Source: Selaginella moellendorffii (Eukaryota; Plantae; Lycopodiophyta). From it: a stretch of 64,000 nt of DNA. Each line of letters starts with the position of its first letter. Position 1 is the stretch's first letter. Made by a program: the position numbers and the translations under genes. Below are positions 27,801 to 41,035 of this stretch, piece by piece. The notes under the pieces were generated by a model. It saw only the letters and a program-made list of their open reading frames with translations. It ran no database searches and was not told where the DNA came from. The DNA is taken from positions 585,243 to 649,242 of the forward strand of contig NW_003314351.1 of assembly GCF_000143415.4 (NCBI RefSeq). Reading direction: 5' to 3'.

Positions 27801-29706
27801 CCCACAACTTTAGTATAGCACATTCTGCCATCAATGAGATACCTACTGTTCTCATACTTGGATCTTATGATCCTCCCCATACCTCATGGGGCACCATACA
27901 CTTCAGTCCAAATGCTCCAACCAATCCCTTAGGACCATTCCCTGACTCCGCTCGAGTCATCCAGCATTTTGGACTTTGCTAATCCAAGAACCTGCGAGGT
28001 CTCAGTCTTAGAGGTGCCAACTCTCTAGAATACAACTTCTTATATTCATGTCCTACTCACAAGGACAATCTTTGCAAGTGTTACTCTGACACTTGATGAT
28101 TTTCTTGGGGCTAACCTTTGCCCCTTAGGACTACTTGTCCATGTGATGAGAATAGCAACTCATATTTAAGTACACCCCCAACTCCTTGGGTTGTTCTAGC
28201 ATTTATTAGAGGTAGCCCCACCTACCATTTCAAGGACTGGTGTCCTCTTTTGTATTTGACCTCCCACAGTCAATAATTCCGGACTCAAATTTATGAGTAC
28301 CAGCCTCAACCATATAAGGGTAATTTTGTGACTCCTTTATTGTTTTGGAGTCTGCATCTTTCCCGTGATCCCAACTATAGTTGTTTACCACAACTACATT
28401 AGCTCGTTTGCTGCATCAAACGCTCATCTGGATCACATTCTCAGCTCTCTGAGGAAACCCTTATACTGTTCCCAAGATCCCAAAGTCGTTCCATTATTGG
28501 CCCTTTTTCTATCCACCACCTCACCTACAAGTTCACACATGAACTGTAATGGAGAGCCATGTCTTCCCGACCTGCTACTCCTCAAGGATAGGCCCACTCC
28601 TCGGACCTTCCGATGCAAACACCAGTGGTGATATACTTGAGCACCAATAAAAGTCGGACTAAGGAACAGCTCCGATACCAAGTTGTAAGCGACTAAATTT
28701 TCCATTCTACTTTAGTCACTTAACCACACCTCCGACCACTTGGAGGAGTCTCATTCACCACCTCCATAAGTCCAGTTCAGGACTTGGGACTTCCTAGCCC
28801 CGAGAATGGCATCTATGCCACTCGACATTTGCACTTGGTCCAAGTGCTCCACGTGTCCGATCCCATGACCGACACTCAAAGGTACCACCGACATGGCAGC
28901 CTGTTACGCTAAGGCCATGCCCAATCACCTTTGCCACACTGGTAGTCCAATACCACTTGCATCACAGTCTTGGCTCTCCAAGACTAGGCAGTCCCTCCGT
29001 GAGTGGTCATCTCAGATCCACTCCTTAGCATCTTTAGGATGCCCACCGACAAGGGGAATAGCCTTCCCCAATATCCCTCTGTCAGTCTCCACTAAGTCCC
29101 TTTCTGCCCCTGGCCGTGTTTGCCAACACTGCCACTGGATCGAGGCCCACAGGCCCGACCACTAAGTCCCATGGTCCTTTGGGACTTCCTCACCACACGA
29201 TTGTGTCCTTGGTCACTACCCTAGAGGACTGCTCCTCTTCCTTTCCACAGTCTAGGCCTTTGGGACAACATTTCGGAACACCGTGGCCTTACGCGAGCCA
29301 CTTGGGTACTCTCCCCGCCTTCCGCCCTTGGGTGCTCTAGCCATGGGCTTAGAGCGAGGTTCTGTTGAGCCACGCCTGGTATCCAAGTAGGTAGTGCCAC
29401 CCACACTTGGACTGGGAGCATCGGCCAATCGATCTCCCGGGGGAACTAGAGCCGGCTCTTGAACACTTCACCAAGCTACCCCGCTTGTCGGTTCGTATTC
29501 ACTCTAGTCTTGGACTTCCCAGTGGTCAGCTCATCACCCAACACTGGGTCTGGCCTTCCTGGGCCAAACTGGCCTTTCCTTGCCAAACTGGCTCCACTGG
29601 GCTCCAACCCCCACACTCTCCCTACTATACTTTTGGGCCCCCAAGAAGCCCCCCCCCCCCCCCCCCCCTAGGTCTGGGAGACGAACGCTTTGGGCTTTCA
29701 CCCTCT

Positions 29707-30662
29707 CAGACTCGGACTCGGACTCGGACTCGGACTCGGACTTGGACTCGGATTCGGACTCAGACTCGGANNNNNNNNNNNNNNNNNNNNNNNNNNNNNN
29801 NNNNNNNNNNNNNNNNNNNNNNNNNNNNNNNNNNNNNNNNNNNNNNNNNNNNNNNNNNNNNNNNNNNNNNNNNNNNNNNNNNNNNNNNNNNNNNNNNNNN
29901 NNNNNNNNNNNNNNNNNNNNNNNNNNNNNNNNNNNNNNNNNNNNNNNNNNNNNNNNNNNNNNNNNNNNNNNNNNNNNNNNNNNNNNNNNNNNNNNNNNNN
30001 NNNNNNNNNNNNNNNNNNNNNNNNNNNNNNNNNNNNNNNNNNNNNNNNNNNNNNNNNNNNNNNNNNNNNNNNNNNNNNNNNNNNNNNNNNNNNNNNNNNN
30101 NNNNNNNNNNNNNNNNNNNNNNNNNNNNNNNNNNNNNNNNNNNNNNNNNNNNNNNNNNNNNNNNNNNNNNNNNNNNNNNNNNNNNNNNNNNNNNNNNNNN
30201 NNNNNNNNNNNNNNNNNNNNNNNNNNNNNNNNNNNNNNNNNNNNNNNNNNNNNNNNNNNNNNNNNNNNNNNNNNNNNNNNNNNNNNNNNNNNNNNNNNNN
30301 NNNNNNNNNNNNNNNNNNNGTCCGTCTCGGTCCATCTCGGCGTCCATCTCGGACTCTGTCTCGGATCCATCTCGGACTCCATCTCGGGTCCATCTCGGAC
30401 TCCATCTCGGACTCCATCTCGGGTCCATCTCGAACTCCGTCTTGGTCCATCTCGGACTCCATCTCGGACTCCGTCTCGAATCCATCTCGGACTCCATCTC
30501 GGGTCCATCTCGGACTCCGTCTTGGTCCATCTCGGACTCCATCTCGGACTCCGTCTCGGATCCATCTCAGACTCAATCTCGGATCCGTCTCGGATCCATC
30601 TCGGACTCCATCTCGGGTCCATCTCGGACTCCATCTCGGGTCCATCTCAGACTTCATCTCGG
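29707..30662. repeat. Family-C LTR minisatellite spanning an assembly gap
   Basis: GACTCG hexamers before the N-run (29771-30319) and GGACTCCATCTC units after it. Confidence 0.9.
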
Positions 30663-30889
30663 TCCTTTCAGGTCCCTTTTTAGAGCCTCGCTTATGGCTC
30701 GCTTCGTGCTCATTCCTTGAGCACCTTGTTGGGAGTTCCACTCCCGCTCTCGACCTTTCAAGTCGGAGCTTTTAGTCCAAACGTATTACGCTCGTTTGGC
30801 TTTCACTTCGGCCACTACCACGTGGCACCCTTCCGGCACCACTTTGGGGCCTAGGGATTTTGTGTCTCACACTAACATCGACATCCATA

Positions 30890-31084
30890 TGTAAGCAACC
30901 AAAGGGAATGATTCGAGAGACGATCCATAGGGGTTCAAATATAGAGGGAAAGGGCCCATGAATAAGAGTGCACCCCCTTTTCCAAACGGTTAAGGGTCTT
31001 GGGATATTTGGGGTTAAGCGTCTTTGGGTGTGAATAGTACTGGGCTGGGTGACCTCCCGGGAAGTCCAAACTCATGAGCTTACA
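30890..31084 (+). mobile_element. Cassandra-type TRIM solo LTR with 5S rRNA-derived domain (31012-31067)
   Basis: TGTAAGC...GCTTACA termini, TSD CCATA (30885-30889/31085-31089), GTTAAGCGTCTTTGGGTGTGAATAGTACTGGGCTGGGTGACCTCCCGGGAAGTCC. Confidence 0.93.
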
Positions 31085-34000
31085 CCATAAAATGCAAAGT
31101 GAACATCCAAAGCTTGATCACGAAGACCACATTTTCGTTGCACTAACACTTCCTTTCAACCACCTTCAAGATCCAATGTGAAACCAAAACACTAATAAAA
31201 AAAATAACATGGAAAATCAAGCTTTAAAGAAAATTCCTCATCACTCGAACAACAATGCCACTTCCACTAACACAAGTGCTAGCAATGTCAATGCTTCAAC
31301 TACACACTTTCTCTGTCCAAAAATCTACTCCAAGTGCTAATGGCTAAACCAAAAGTTGTAGCAAGTGAATGCTATAACTTTTTCTCCAACACCCCAATGG
31401 GCAAACTCCCTAGGAAACAATAGACCAACTTAAGCTTAGCATAATGGACCACCATCGAGAATCCAGTTAAAGCTACTATAATACTACTACGTGCAAGTAG
31501 ACTAAGTTCACCATCAACCACTTTGGGGTTGATCATCGTTTAACCAAGCAACTTCGTAAACACATTGCTCATTATCACATGGATATGATATAAGAAATCA
31601 CAATGAATTGATCATCAATTGAACAACACCACGAGCGACACTAATGTTATTACTTCAAAGGTTTATGTAAGTATCAAGTGTCAACTCAATTACTAAACAC
31701 CACTAAGTTTTGTTCACAATATGGACAAGCTCATGCCACTCTCTATCCGACCAAACTTAACACTAATCCAACACCAAGCTACTCAAGGAGCAATAGCAAA
31801 GTTCTCCAGAAAAGAATTGAGCATTGCAACCCAAGTCTTCCAATAGCAAGTCTAGACAAAATGGTTTAATGCTTCACCTCTATCCATCCCACAATTCACT
31901 ATTTGTAAGACATCATCTTCAAGATGCATCAAGGTAGGGACTCTTGATTGCATAATATGAAAACGAGCAATGAGTTAACACCTCGTTGTAAAAAATCTCT
32001 CCAAAAAGGGAAGAATATTTTACGTGTTTGATCCTTCGTCCCCGACAACTCTCTTTTCGGTCTCATCTTTGACTAAACCTCAAGCTTGCTTTTGCACTGC
32101 CTTCAGTCCAATCTTAGAAAGGTTTACAAGAGAGCACGGCAATGACTACTTGAACCAATAGACTAATCCCTACAGTCTTAATTGATCCACTCATAATCAT
32201 GCCTAGGAAGGATCTACTAGTGCTGTGCTAAGCAACTATAGACCAGCTTATTTGCCACTCATAGCAAACCCAAAGAAGGTTTGCTTTAACTCATGGTACA
32301 TGGAACAACTCATGGAACCACCGATAGGCTAACATTAATCTTGCCAACTCAAAGTGTAACCTCGACTTGCTAATGTGCCTCACTTACAAGCCCAAGTGAA
32401 AACTCATATAAAATGGTACACCTCAAATCCATCCTATGAACCCAAGAGCAAGCTCATACAATATGGGACAAAAAGGTAACAAAAACCATACCCAAGGAAC
32501 AATTGTGAAGCCTTTGTACCTAAACGTATATCCACTCAGATCATCGTTTTCATCTCTGTGTATGCAACAAGACTAGTTGCCCAATCTCATTGGATAGTAT
32601 CGCTAAGACTCATCCTCTGATACCAAATGTAGCACACGTGGTTTTTACCCTTTATCCTATGGTGGTTTACCATAGGATAACACTATGAAGCGGAACCTAA
32701 ACCCTCTTTATGCCATGTGACACATGTCACGTGTCATATACCTTGGAACTTGGAACAGTCCTAGAGTAATCAGCATCCCAATGTCAGGACCAGCACACAA
32801 AACAGAGCCAAATGCAGTTTGGCGCTATTTCGGCATACCGGTGGCCTAACGCAAGGACATGGGTACTCCACCAGCTAGCATGGAATGGAACTTGGGCTTA
32901 AACCCAAGCCCAACGCAGAACAAGGACAGGCAAGCAAGCAGGAGTTAAATTATACCTCAGGTTGGTCGGCCATGCCCAACCTACCCACTATCCCTACTAT
33001 ACATTTGGAACCCCCCACAGCCCCCCCCCCCCCTGAGGAACACACGCTTTGGGCTTTCACCCCAAGCCTCCCTTAGTATCAGGAGTTAGTCTATGGGACA
33101 AGCTCGAAACTTACTAAATATAAAATGGCTCTAAATTGCGAATTTGGACACGAGACGAACACCATTGTGTTCAGGCCGATCTCTACATTCCGTAGATATG
33201 CCAAATGAGAAAATCTGGATACTTTCCATAAATAGCATTTGGGACCAAAATGAGACTAACACAAGAGGCATGATAGTGAGGGTGTTTGGCAAACACGGTA
33301 AACTATCATCCAGCGATATTGAGGGACCAATCTCAATACGTGAGGGTTCTTGTCAAGCTAGTGCAAGACAGAACAAAAGAGAACTAAGAGCCAGGCCGAG
33401 TATGCTCAGCTAGAAACACATAGGAGTTCCTACCTTATGTCCATCTGGCCAAGTACAGGTGCTAAGCCCAGTTTACTAACACTTGAACAAGAGGGGCTGA
33501 TAAAGGAAACTAGCAATATTGACCTTCTACCATCATGGCAGTAAGGTAAGAGTGTCCGTAAGGACTAGCCGACAGGTAACTTTCGATACCCGAAGTCAAA
33601 TTCGCGACACCTGAGTGCATTCATCTCTTGATGCCAGATCTCTACCATGAGGATATCTTGTTGGAGGATAAGTTCTTCTAAGGTGTAGGTACTGAGCTTC
33701 AAATTGAAGTCCCAACTCAGTCCAACTCAGTTCTCCTACGTTGGATAGGCATGGCATGTACTCCTGTACATCAGCTACACTTTTGCCAGACCTGGTCTTT
33801 GGTCAGGAGGCCACCGATTTCACTGGAGATTGCATCTCCAAATCCTTCGACCTGTTTGTGAGATCTGAGAGGCATCTGTGGGTGAACTTGTGGCTGAGGG
33901 ATCCCACAATACTTCTGTCTTTGGTGTTCCCTCGATCCAATGGTAATCCAATGTCCCTTATGGCATTTGCTCTCCCTTCCTGCTTGTCAAAACTCTTGTG

Positions 34001-34176
34001 CACTTGGAGTACATCCCTTCTCCCCTGTCCTGGTATGAGCGGTATTGGTGATGACATCTATCCCTCTCTATGCTCAGTGGTGGGTGGTTGCACACTCCCC
34101 TACTTGTCATCCTTTCCTGTGTGCTCTCTTGCTCGGCTTGACTTAGCTCTCTCTCGCTGGTGTCCCACCTGCTTGT

Positions 34177-34929
34177 TGTGAGACACAAAATCCCTAGACC
34201 CCAAAGTGGAGCCGGAAGGGCGCCACATGGTAGTGGCCGAAGCGAGAGCCAAACGAGCGTAACACGTTTGGACCAAAAGCTCCGACTTGAAAAGTCAAGA
34301 GCGGGAGTGGAACTCCCAACGAAGTGCTCGAGGAACGAGCACGAAGCGAGCAAAAGGCGAGGCTCCAAAAAGGGACCCAAAAGGACCAACACATGACACG
34401 TGGGAGTGTCCGAGATGGACTCGAGTTGGAATCCGAAGTGGAGTCCGAGATGGACCCGAGTTGGAGTCCGAAGTGGAGTCCGAGATGGACCCGAGTTGGA
34501 GTCCGAAGTGGAGTCCGAGATGGACCCGAGTTGGAGTCCGAAGTGGAGTCCGAGATGGACCCGAGATGGAGTCCGAGATGGAGTCCAAAGTGGAGTCCGA
34601 GGTGAACCCGAGTTGGAGTCCGAAGTGGAGTCCAAGATGGACCCGAGATGGAGTCCGAGATGGAGTCCGAAGTGGAGTCCGAGGTGGACCCGAGATGGAC
34701 CCGAGTTGGAGTCCGAAGTGGAGTCCGAGATGGACCCGAGATGGAGTCCGAGATGGAGTCCGAGATGGAGTCCGAGGTGGACCCGAGATGGACCCGAAAT
34801 GGAGTCCGAGATGGAGTCCGAGATGGACCCGAGATGGAGTTCGAGATGGAGTCCGAGATGGACCCGAGATGGACCCGAGATGGAGTCTGAGATGGAGTCC
34901 GAGATGGAGTCCGAGATGGAGTCCGAAGT

Positions 34930-34963
<34 letters not shown>

Positions 34964-36037
34964 CCCGAGCCCGAGCCCGAGCCCGAGTCCGAGTCCGAAT
35001 CCGAGTCCAAGTCCGAGTCCGAGTCCGAGTCCGGAGCCTGAGAGGGTGAAAGCCCAAAGCGTTCGTCTCCCAGACCCTGGGGGGTTTGGTGAGATCCAAA
35101 AGTATAGTAGGGGGAGGACTGCAGTGGAGCCAGTTTGGCCAGGAAAGGCCAGTTTGGCCCAGGAAGGCTGGACCCAGTGTTGGGTGATGAGCTGCCCACT
35201 GGGAAGTCCAAGACTAGAGTGAACACGTACCGACAAGCGGGGTAGCTTGGTGAAGTGTTCAAGAGCCGGCTCTAGTTCCCCCGGGAGATCGACTGGCCGA
35301 TGCTCCCAGTCCAAGTGTGGGTGGCACTACCTACTTGGATACCTGTCGTGGCTCAACGGAACCTCGCTCTAAGCCCATGGCTAGAGCACCTAAAGGCGGA
35401 AGGTGGGGAGAGTACCCATGAGGCTTGCGTAAGGCCACGGTGTTCTGAAATGGTGTCCCAAAGTCCCAGACTGTGGAAAGGAAGAGGGGTAGCCCTCCGG
35501 TGTGGTGACCAAGGACACAGTCACACAGTGAGGAAGTCCTAGAGGATAGTGGGACTTAGTGGTCGGGGTGGTGGGCCTCGATCCAGTGGCAGTGTTGGCG
35601 AACACAGCCAAGGCCAGAAAGGGACTTGGTGGGGACCGGAACAGAGATATTGGGGAAGGCTATTCCCCATGTCTGTAGGCATCCTAAGGATGTTAAGGAG
35701 TGGATCTGGGATGACCACTCATGGATGGATGACCCAGTCTTTGAGAGACGGGATTGGAATGTAGGTGGTGTTGGACCACTAGTGTGACCAAGGTAAATGG
35801 GCATGGCCTTAGCGTAACGGGCCGATATGTCGATGGTACCTTGGGGTGTCGATCATGGGATCGGACACGTGGAGCACTTGGACCAAGTGCTAAGGTTGAG
35901 TGGCATGGATGCCATTCTCGGGGCTAGCAAGCCCCAAGTCCTGAGTTGGGCTTATGGAGGTTGTGAATGAGACTCCTCCAAGTGGTCGGAGGTGTGGTTA
36001 AGTGACTAAAGTAGAATGGAAAAATTAGTTGCTTACA
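34177..36037 (+). mobile_element. Family-C solo LTR (1861 bp)
   Basis: TGTGAGAC...GCTTACA termini, TSD CTTGT at 34172-34176 and 36038-36042. Confidence 0.93.
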
Positions 36038-36270
36038 CTTGTGTGGTGTTGTTGTCCTTGACCTTTTGCCACCACTCGTCACCCAATTCATTGCTGCTGC
36101 TGCTGCCCTAGATTCCAGGTCCCCTATATGACTCATCAAACTATGTCCCCCAACAGCTAATGGTTTTCTACCATGCCATTTTCCACCAGGACCACTAAAC
36201 TAAGACCCGAGTTTTGTTCTAGCTCACCTAGCCTTGTGGACCTTCTCATAGCATCCTCCTATAACCATAC

Positions 36271-37743
36271 TGTAAGCGACTAAATTTTCCATTCTACTTT
36301 AGTCACTTAACCACACCTCCGACCACTTGAAAGAGTTTCACTCACAACCTCCATAAGTTCTATTTTGGACTTAGAGACTTGCTAGCCCCAAGAATGGCAT
36401 CCATGCCACTCAACCATTGCACTTGGTCCAAGTGCTCCACATGTCTGATCCCATGACTAACACCCCAAGGTACCACTGATATATCAGCCCGTTACGCTAA
36501 GGCCATGCCCATTCACCTTGGTCACACCAGTGGTCTGACACCACCTACATCAGACTCCCGTCTCTCAAAGACTGGGCCATCCGTCCATGAGTGATCATCC
36601 CAGACCCACTCCTTAGCATCCATAGGATGCCTATAGACATGAGGAATAGCTTTCCTCAATATCCCTTTTCTGGTCCCCACCAAGTCCCTTTCTGCCCATG
36701 GCCGTGTTCGCCAACACTGCCACTAGATCGAGGCCTACAGGCCTGACCACTAAGTCCCACGATTCTCTGGGACTTCCTCACCACACGACTGTATCCTTGG
36801 TCACTACACCAGAGGACTACTCCTTTTCCTTTCCACATTCTGGGCCTTTGGGACAACACTTTGGAACACTGTGGCCCTACGCGAGCCTCATGGGTACTCT
36901 CCCTGTCTTCCACCTTTGGGTGCTCTAGCCATGGGTTTAGAGTGAGGTTCCATTGAGCCATGCCAGGTATCTAAGTAGGTAGTGCCACCCACACTTGGAC
37001 TTGGAGCATCGACCATTCGATCTCTCGGGGGAACTAGAGCCGGCTTTTGAACACTTCACCAAGCTACCCCGCTTGTCGATCCGTATTCACTTTAGCTTTG
37101 GACTTCCCAGTGGTTATCCCATCACCCAACACCTGGGTACAGCCTTCCTGGGACAAACTGGCCTTTCCTGGCCAAACTGGCTCCACTGGAGTCCTCCCCC
37201 TACTATACTTTTGGAGCTCAACAAACCCCCTAGGGTCTGGGACACGAACGCTTTGGGCTTTCACCCCCTCAGACTCGAACTCGGACTTGGACTCAGACTT
37301 GGGCTCGGGCTCGGTCTCGGCCTCGGCCTTGGTCTCGGTCTCAGTCTCGATCCCGGTCTTGGTCTCGATCTCGACTTCAGACTCCATTTCGGGTCCTTCT
37401 TGGACTCCATCTCGGATTCCATCTCGGACTCCATCTCGAACTCCATCTCGGGTCCATCTCGGACTCCATCTCGGGTCCATCTCGGATTCTATCTTAGGTC
37501 CATCTTGGACTCCATCTCGAATTCCATCTCAGGTCCTCTTGTGTCCCTCTTCTAGAGACTCACTTATTGCTTGCTTTATGCTTATTCCCTGAGCACTTCG
37601 TTGGGAGTTCCACTCCCGCTCTCGACCTTTCAAGTCGAAGCTTTTAGTCCAAACATGTTACGTTCGTTTGTCTTTCGCTTTGGCCTCTACCACGTGGCAC
37701 CCTTTCGGCTCCACTTTGGGGCCTAGGGATTTTGTGTCTCACA
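36271..37743 (-). mobile_element. Family-C solo LTR (1473 bp)
   Basis: TGTAAGCG...CTCACA termini, TSD CATAC at 36266-36270 and 37744-37748. Confidence 0.93.
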
Positions 37744-38269
37744 CATACCTTCTTGGCCAGCACTCCCAAGCTTCTTGTCCAACTGGGGCTCAGCCTTCCT
37801 TCTACTTTGTCCTTTTGCACTTCCATTTGAGTTGAGTCCTTAGTGGATTGCCAATCCTCCCTGGTCTGGTTCAATCCCAAGCCTCCATCTACCACAGCTC
37901 TATTGGCCTTGCAATGTCCCTCTGGCCGAGACAAGTTGGCTAGGGTACACCCAATGACCTCTTGTGATTCCTTTGTCTTGGGCATGCTGGTTGCTTCCAT
38001 CCTCTTTAGGATCTTGAGAGTCTCCTCTGCTCAGATTAATGTCTCCTTTGTCCCTCTCTAGACTTTCTCCTTGAGATCTTCTAGCACTTGTGCCTTATAC
38101 TCCTCACTGTCTGACTCGTGGGACTGCTCCAACTTTTGAACTTCTTTGCTGGATGAATTGTTGTTGTGTGCTGTGTTATTTGTACCAGGCTCTATATTAT
38201 TTGGGCAGCTAAGAGGTTGCTACTTTGTGCCCATTGGGGTTTTGTGGCTTGCTGCTTGCCCTTTGATCC

Positions 38270-41035
38270 GAACCTAACCTCTGTATATGCATTTATAGAC
38301 GGCATCACCTAGGATGTTTGGCATGACTCCCTATGCTAATCCACCAAACTTATAACTATGCTAATTAGCTTCTTCTTTATATGCGTTCTATGGATTATAG
38401 CTTAAGAAGTTAGTTCCTTTGAGCTTCCAAGTCCTCCCACTTGACAAGCTAGTTGATTGGCCTGTGATCATGTATGGACTCCTTCATGCTTAGCCCTTTT
38501 TCAAGTCAACACCTTCAACTATAGTCTTTATTCCTTTGACTTGCCAATCCCACTTAGCAAATCACCCAGCTAGTGTAATATGGTTCTATGTATAAATATA
38601 AAAGTCCTCAAATATCAATTGAACATGCAAAAGTTATTTTCCCAATTTTGATAGCCTCACCTTATGGCAAGCTTTTGTTGTGCTACTCCAATTTTATGCA
38701 TTCCTATGAACCATTTACAATTATCTTTCTAGGTACCAACTTATCTAGATTTATCATTGGAACATTAAAAAAGGTTCTATCCCTTAACTTGCTAAGGCCT
38801 CTCTTTTCACAAGCTTCCTACTTATCATTCGATCTAATATAGATAGTTCCATATTTTAGACTTTTGATGGTACTATGTATATAAATAGCAAAACACTCAA
38901 GAACCCTCTTGATTTCCTACTCCTAACTTGCATAACTATCTTAGGTTATATTTTTTGATTCCTATGGTTCACTTCTATCCCTTTATTACTTAATTCTGGC
39001 TCTATACATTTTTTTTGCTTAGTCTCCTTCATACTATGAGGGTAATATTACAATTTCTACTGATACTATAGGAAGTATTTTTATAAAGATATATTCATAG
39101 AGTGGTTCTTCAATTTGAATATGCTCAACTTATAATCTCACACATCATGATTAATGTTGCTACTTATGGGCCCTATATACCCATTGTTAGCCATGCTAAA
39201 CTCCCTTTAGCTTTAACTTTGGACAAATAAAGTTTATTTGTCTCTAGCTTTCCTCAACTTTGGACTTTAGATGTTTTAAGATGTTTATATGTCTCAATGA
39301 TGTACTTGTTCAATGAGTTTTCCTTTTATGACAGTTATTATATTGCAACATAAGAAACTTATCCTTTAAAGGATATATCTAACCTCATCCTTATCCCAAC
39401 AAGAAGCCTCAAGAAGTTAACTTCCACTATTCCATTAAATTATATCAAACTTTTATTTAGTTGTTATATCCTACTTATTGCTAGTGCTTTCACACCTCCA
39501 TCAATATTTTGTTAAAACACTTGAATCTTATACCTTTTATATTAGGCTATGCCAATCCTATTTTTATTGGTCCTTTGGTAAGAGGTTTCCTAAACCAACC
39601 ACCTTGATCTACTCAAGGCATCTTCTAATGAAATATTTGGTGTCTCATATGAGCCTATCTTTACAACACATTTCACTTATGTTTATATCTTTTTTCAAGA
39701 ACATATTTTACCTTTTTCTATGGTAACTAATGGTTAGCCTTTCACCATAGTGTTTAAACACAACTCTTCTCAAAAGTCTTTTTCTTCCTTAAACAGCTTT
39801 TCATGAGTTCAAAGTGGCCCTCTTGGCCATTAATGAGATACTCATTGTTCCCATTCTTAAATCTTAGAATTGTTTCAATCCTTGGGTAGAACACATCTCA
39901 GTCCAAAACGTGCTTCATCTATATCCTTAGGACTATCCCTTAACTCCCCTAAGTCACTCAAATGTTAGACTTGCTAGTCCTATGACCTATAAGGTTGTAG
40001 TCGCATGGCTATTCTTGAGATGCTACCTCAATTAAATATATCTTTTTATATTCACATCCTATCCATAAGAACCATTCTCTAACACTTAAGTATCCCCTTT
40101 TGTTCCATGTGGGCTACTTTGCACTTTAGAACTATTTTTTCACAATATAAGAACATCAACTCATTCTTCAAGTACACCCCTAACTCCTTGGGTTATTCCA
40201 GCATTCATTATAGGTAGCGTAAGCTACCATTTCAAGTCTCAAATTTATGAACACCATACTCTACTTCATGAGGTTAATCCTATAACTCCTTATGTTAGCC
40301 TATTAGTGGTTACTATGTTATTGTGGTAAAAATTGAACCTCCCATAGGTTCACATTAATCATCTCTCTTTTGAGAGATGATTTATATTGAGGTGTGATCT
40401 CATTGTTCATATTCACATCATACAATCATACAATTAAGAGTCCCTACTTTGATGCGTATTGGTTGTAGTGGTCTTATGAGTGGTGTGTTGTAGAGTGGAT
40501 AACTATAAAGAAGTAAACCATTTTGCTTAGGCTTGTCATTGGAAAGCTTGGGTTACAATGCTAAATTCTTTACAAGGGAACTTTATTGTTGTTTGAATAG
40601 TTTTGTGTTGGATTAGTTTTGAGTTTGATTTAAAAAAGGGTGGCATAAGTTTGTCTGTGTTATGAATAAAACTGGTGATGTTAGGTGTTATAAATCTTTA
40701 TTAGTGGGGTGTAGCATTTATGTTATATTTTGCCATAGAGTTGGCACTTGGTAGTGATATGCTTGCTTGTGATATTGTTCAAGTCATTGTGATTCTTATA
40801 TTATATCCTTATGATTGTGAGCAATGTGTTTGCAAAGTTTCTTGTTCAAATGATGATCAACCCCAAAGTAATTGATAGTAATGCTAGTCTACTTGCAAAA
40901 TAGTATCATTGTAAAAGCTTTGAGTGGGTTCTTAAGAGATGATCCATTATGCTAAGCTGATGTTGATGCCTTATTTCCTATTAAGTTTGCCCATTAAGTG
41001 TTAGAAAAGGTTGTAACATTCATATGCTATATTCC
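38270..41035. mobile_element. Old AT-rich eroded internal fragments of family C (~38270-40300) and family A (~40350-41030)
   Basis: Patchy similarity to 26135-28330 and to 18625-19320; boundaries approximate. Confidence 0.65.

Larger units (their letters stand above)
16455..30871 (-). mobile_element. LTR retrotransposon C (Gypsy-like, non-autonomous); 3' LTR 16455-25035 (interrupted by a gap and element A), 5' LTR 28684-30871
   Basis: TSD CTAAC at 16450-16454 and 30872-30876; PBS rc TGGTATCGGAGC at 28669-28680; PPT rc ATGGGTGGTGGAGT at 25036-25049; 3.65-kb internal region with only eroded gag-like remnants (~28440-28520). Confidence 0.88.
11697..33609 (-). mobile_element. LTR retrotransposon B (family A), host of nested insertions; 3' LTR 11697-12841, 5' LTR 32628-33609
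   Basis: TG..CA LTRs, PPT (rc) at 12842-12853, iMet PBS (rc TGGTATCAGAG) at 32615-32625, TSD CCTGA at 11692-11696 and 33610-33614; LINE sequence resumes after it. Confidence 0.9.
33610..38270 (-). mobile_element. 5' portion (ORF1 region) of the LINE, interrupted by two solo LTRs
   Basis: Resumes at the CCTGA TSD of element B; pieces 33610-34176, 36038-36270 and 37744-~38270 join through TSDs; far end approximate. Confidence 0.7.

Noticed and set aside
31012-31067. 5S rRNA gene (also 9843-9898)
   Set aside because: Only the ~56-bp internal control region is present, inside a TSD-flanked LTR; this is Cassandra, not rDNA.
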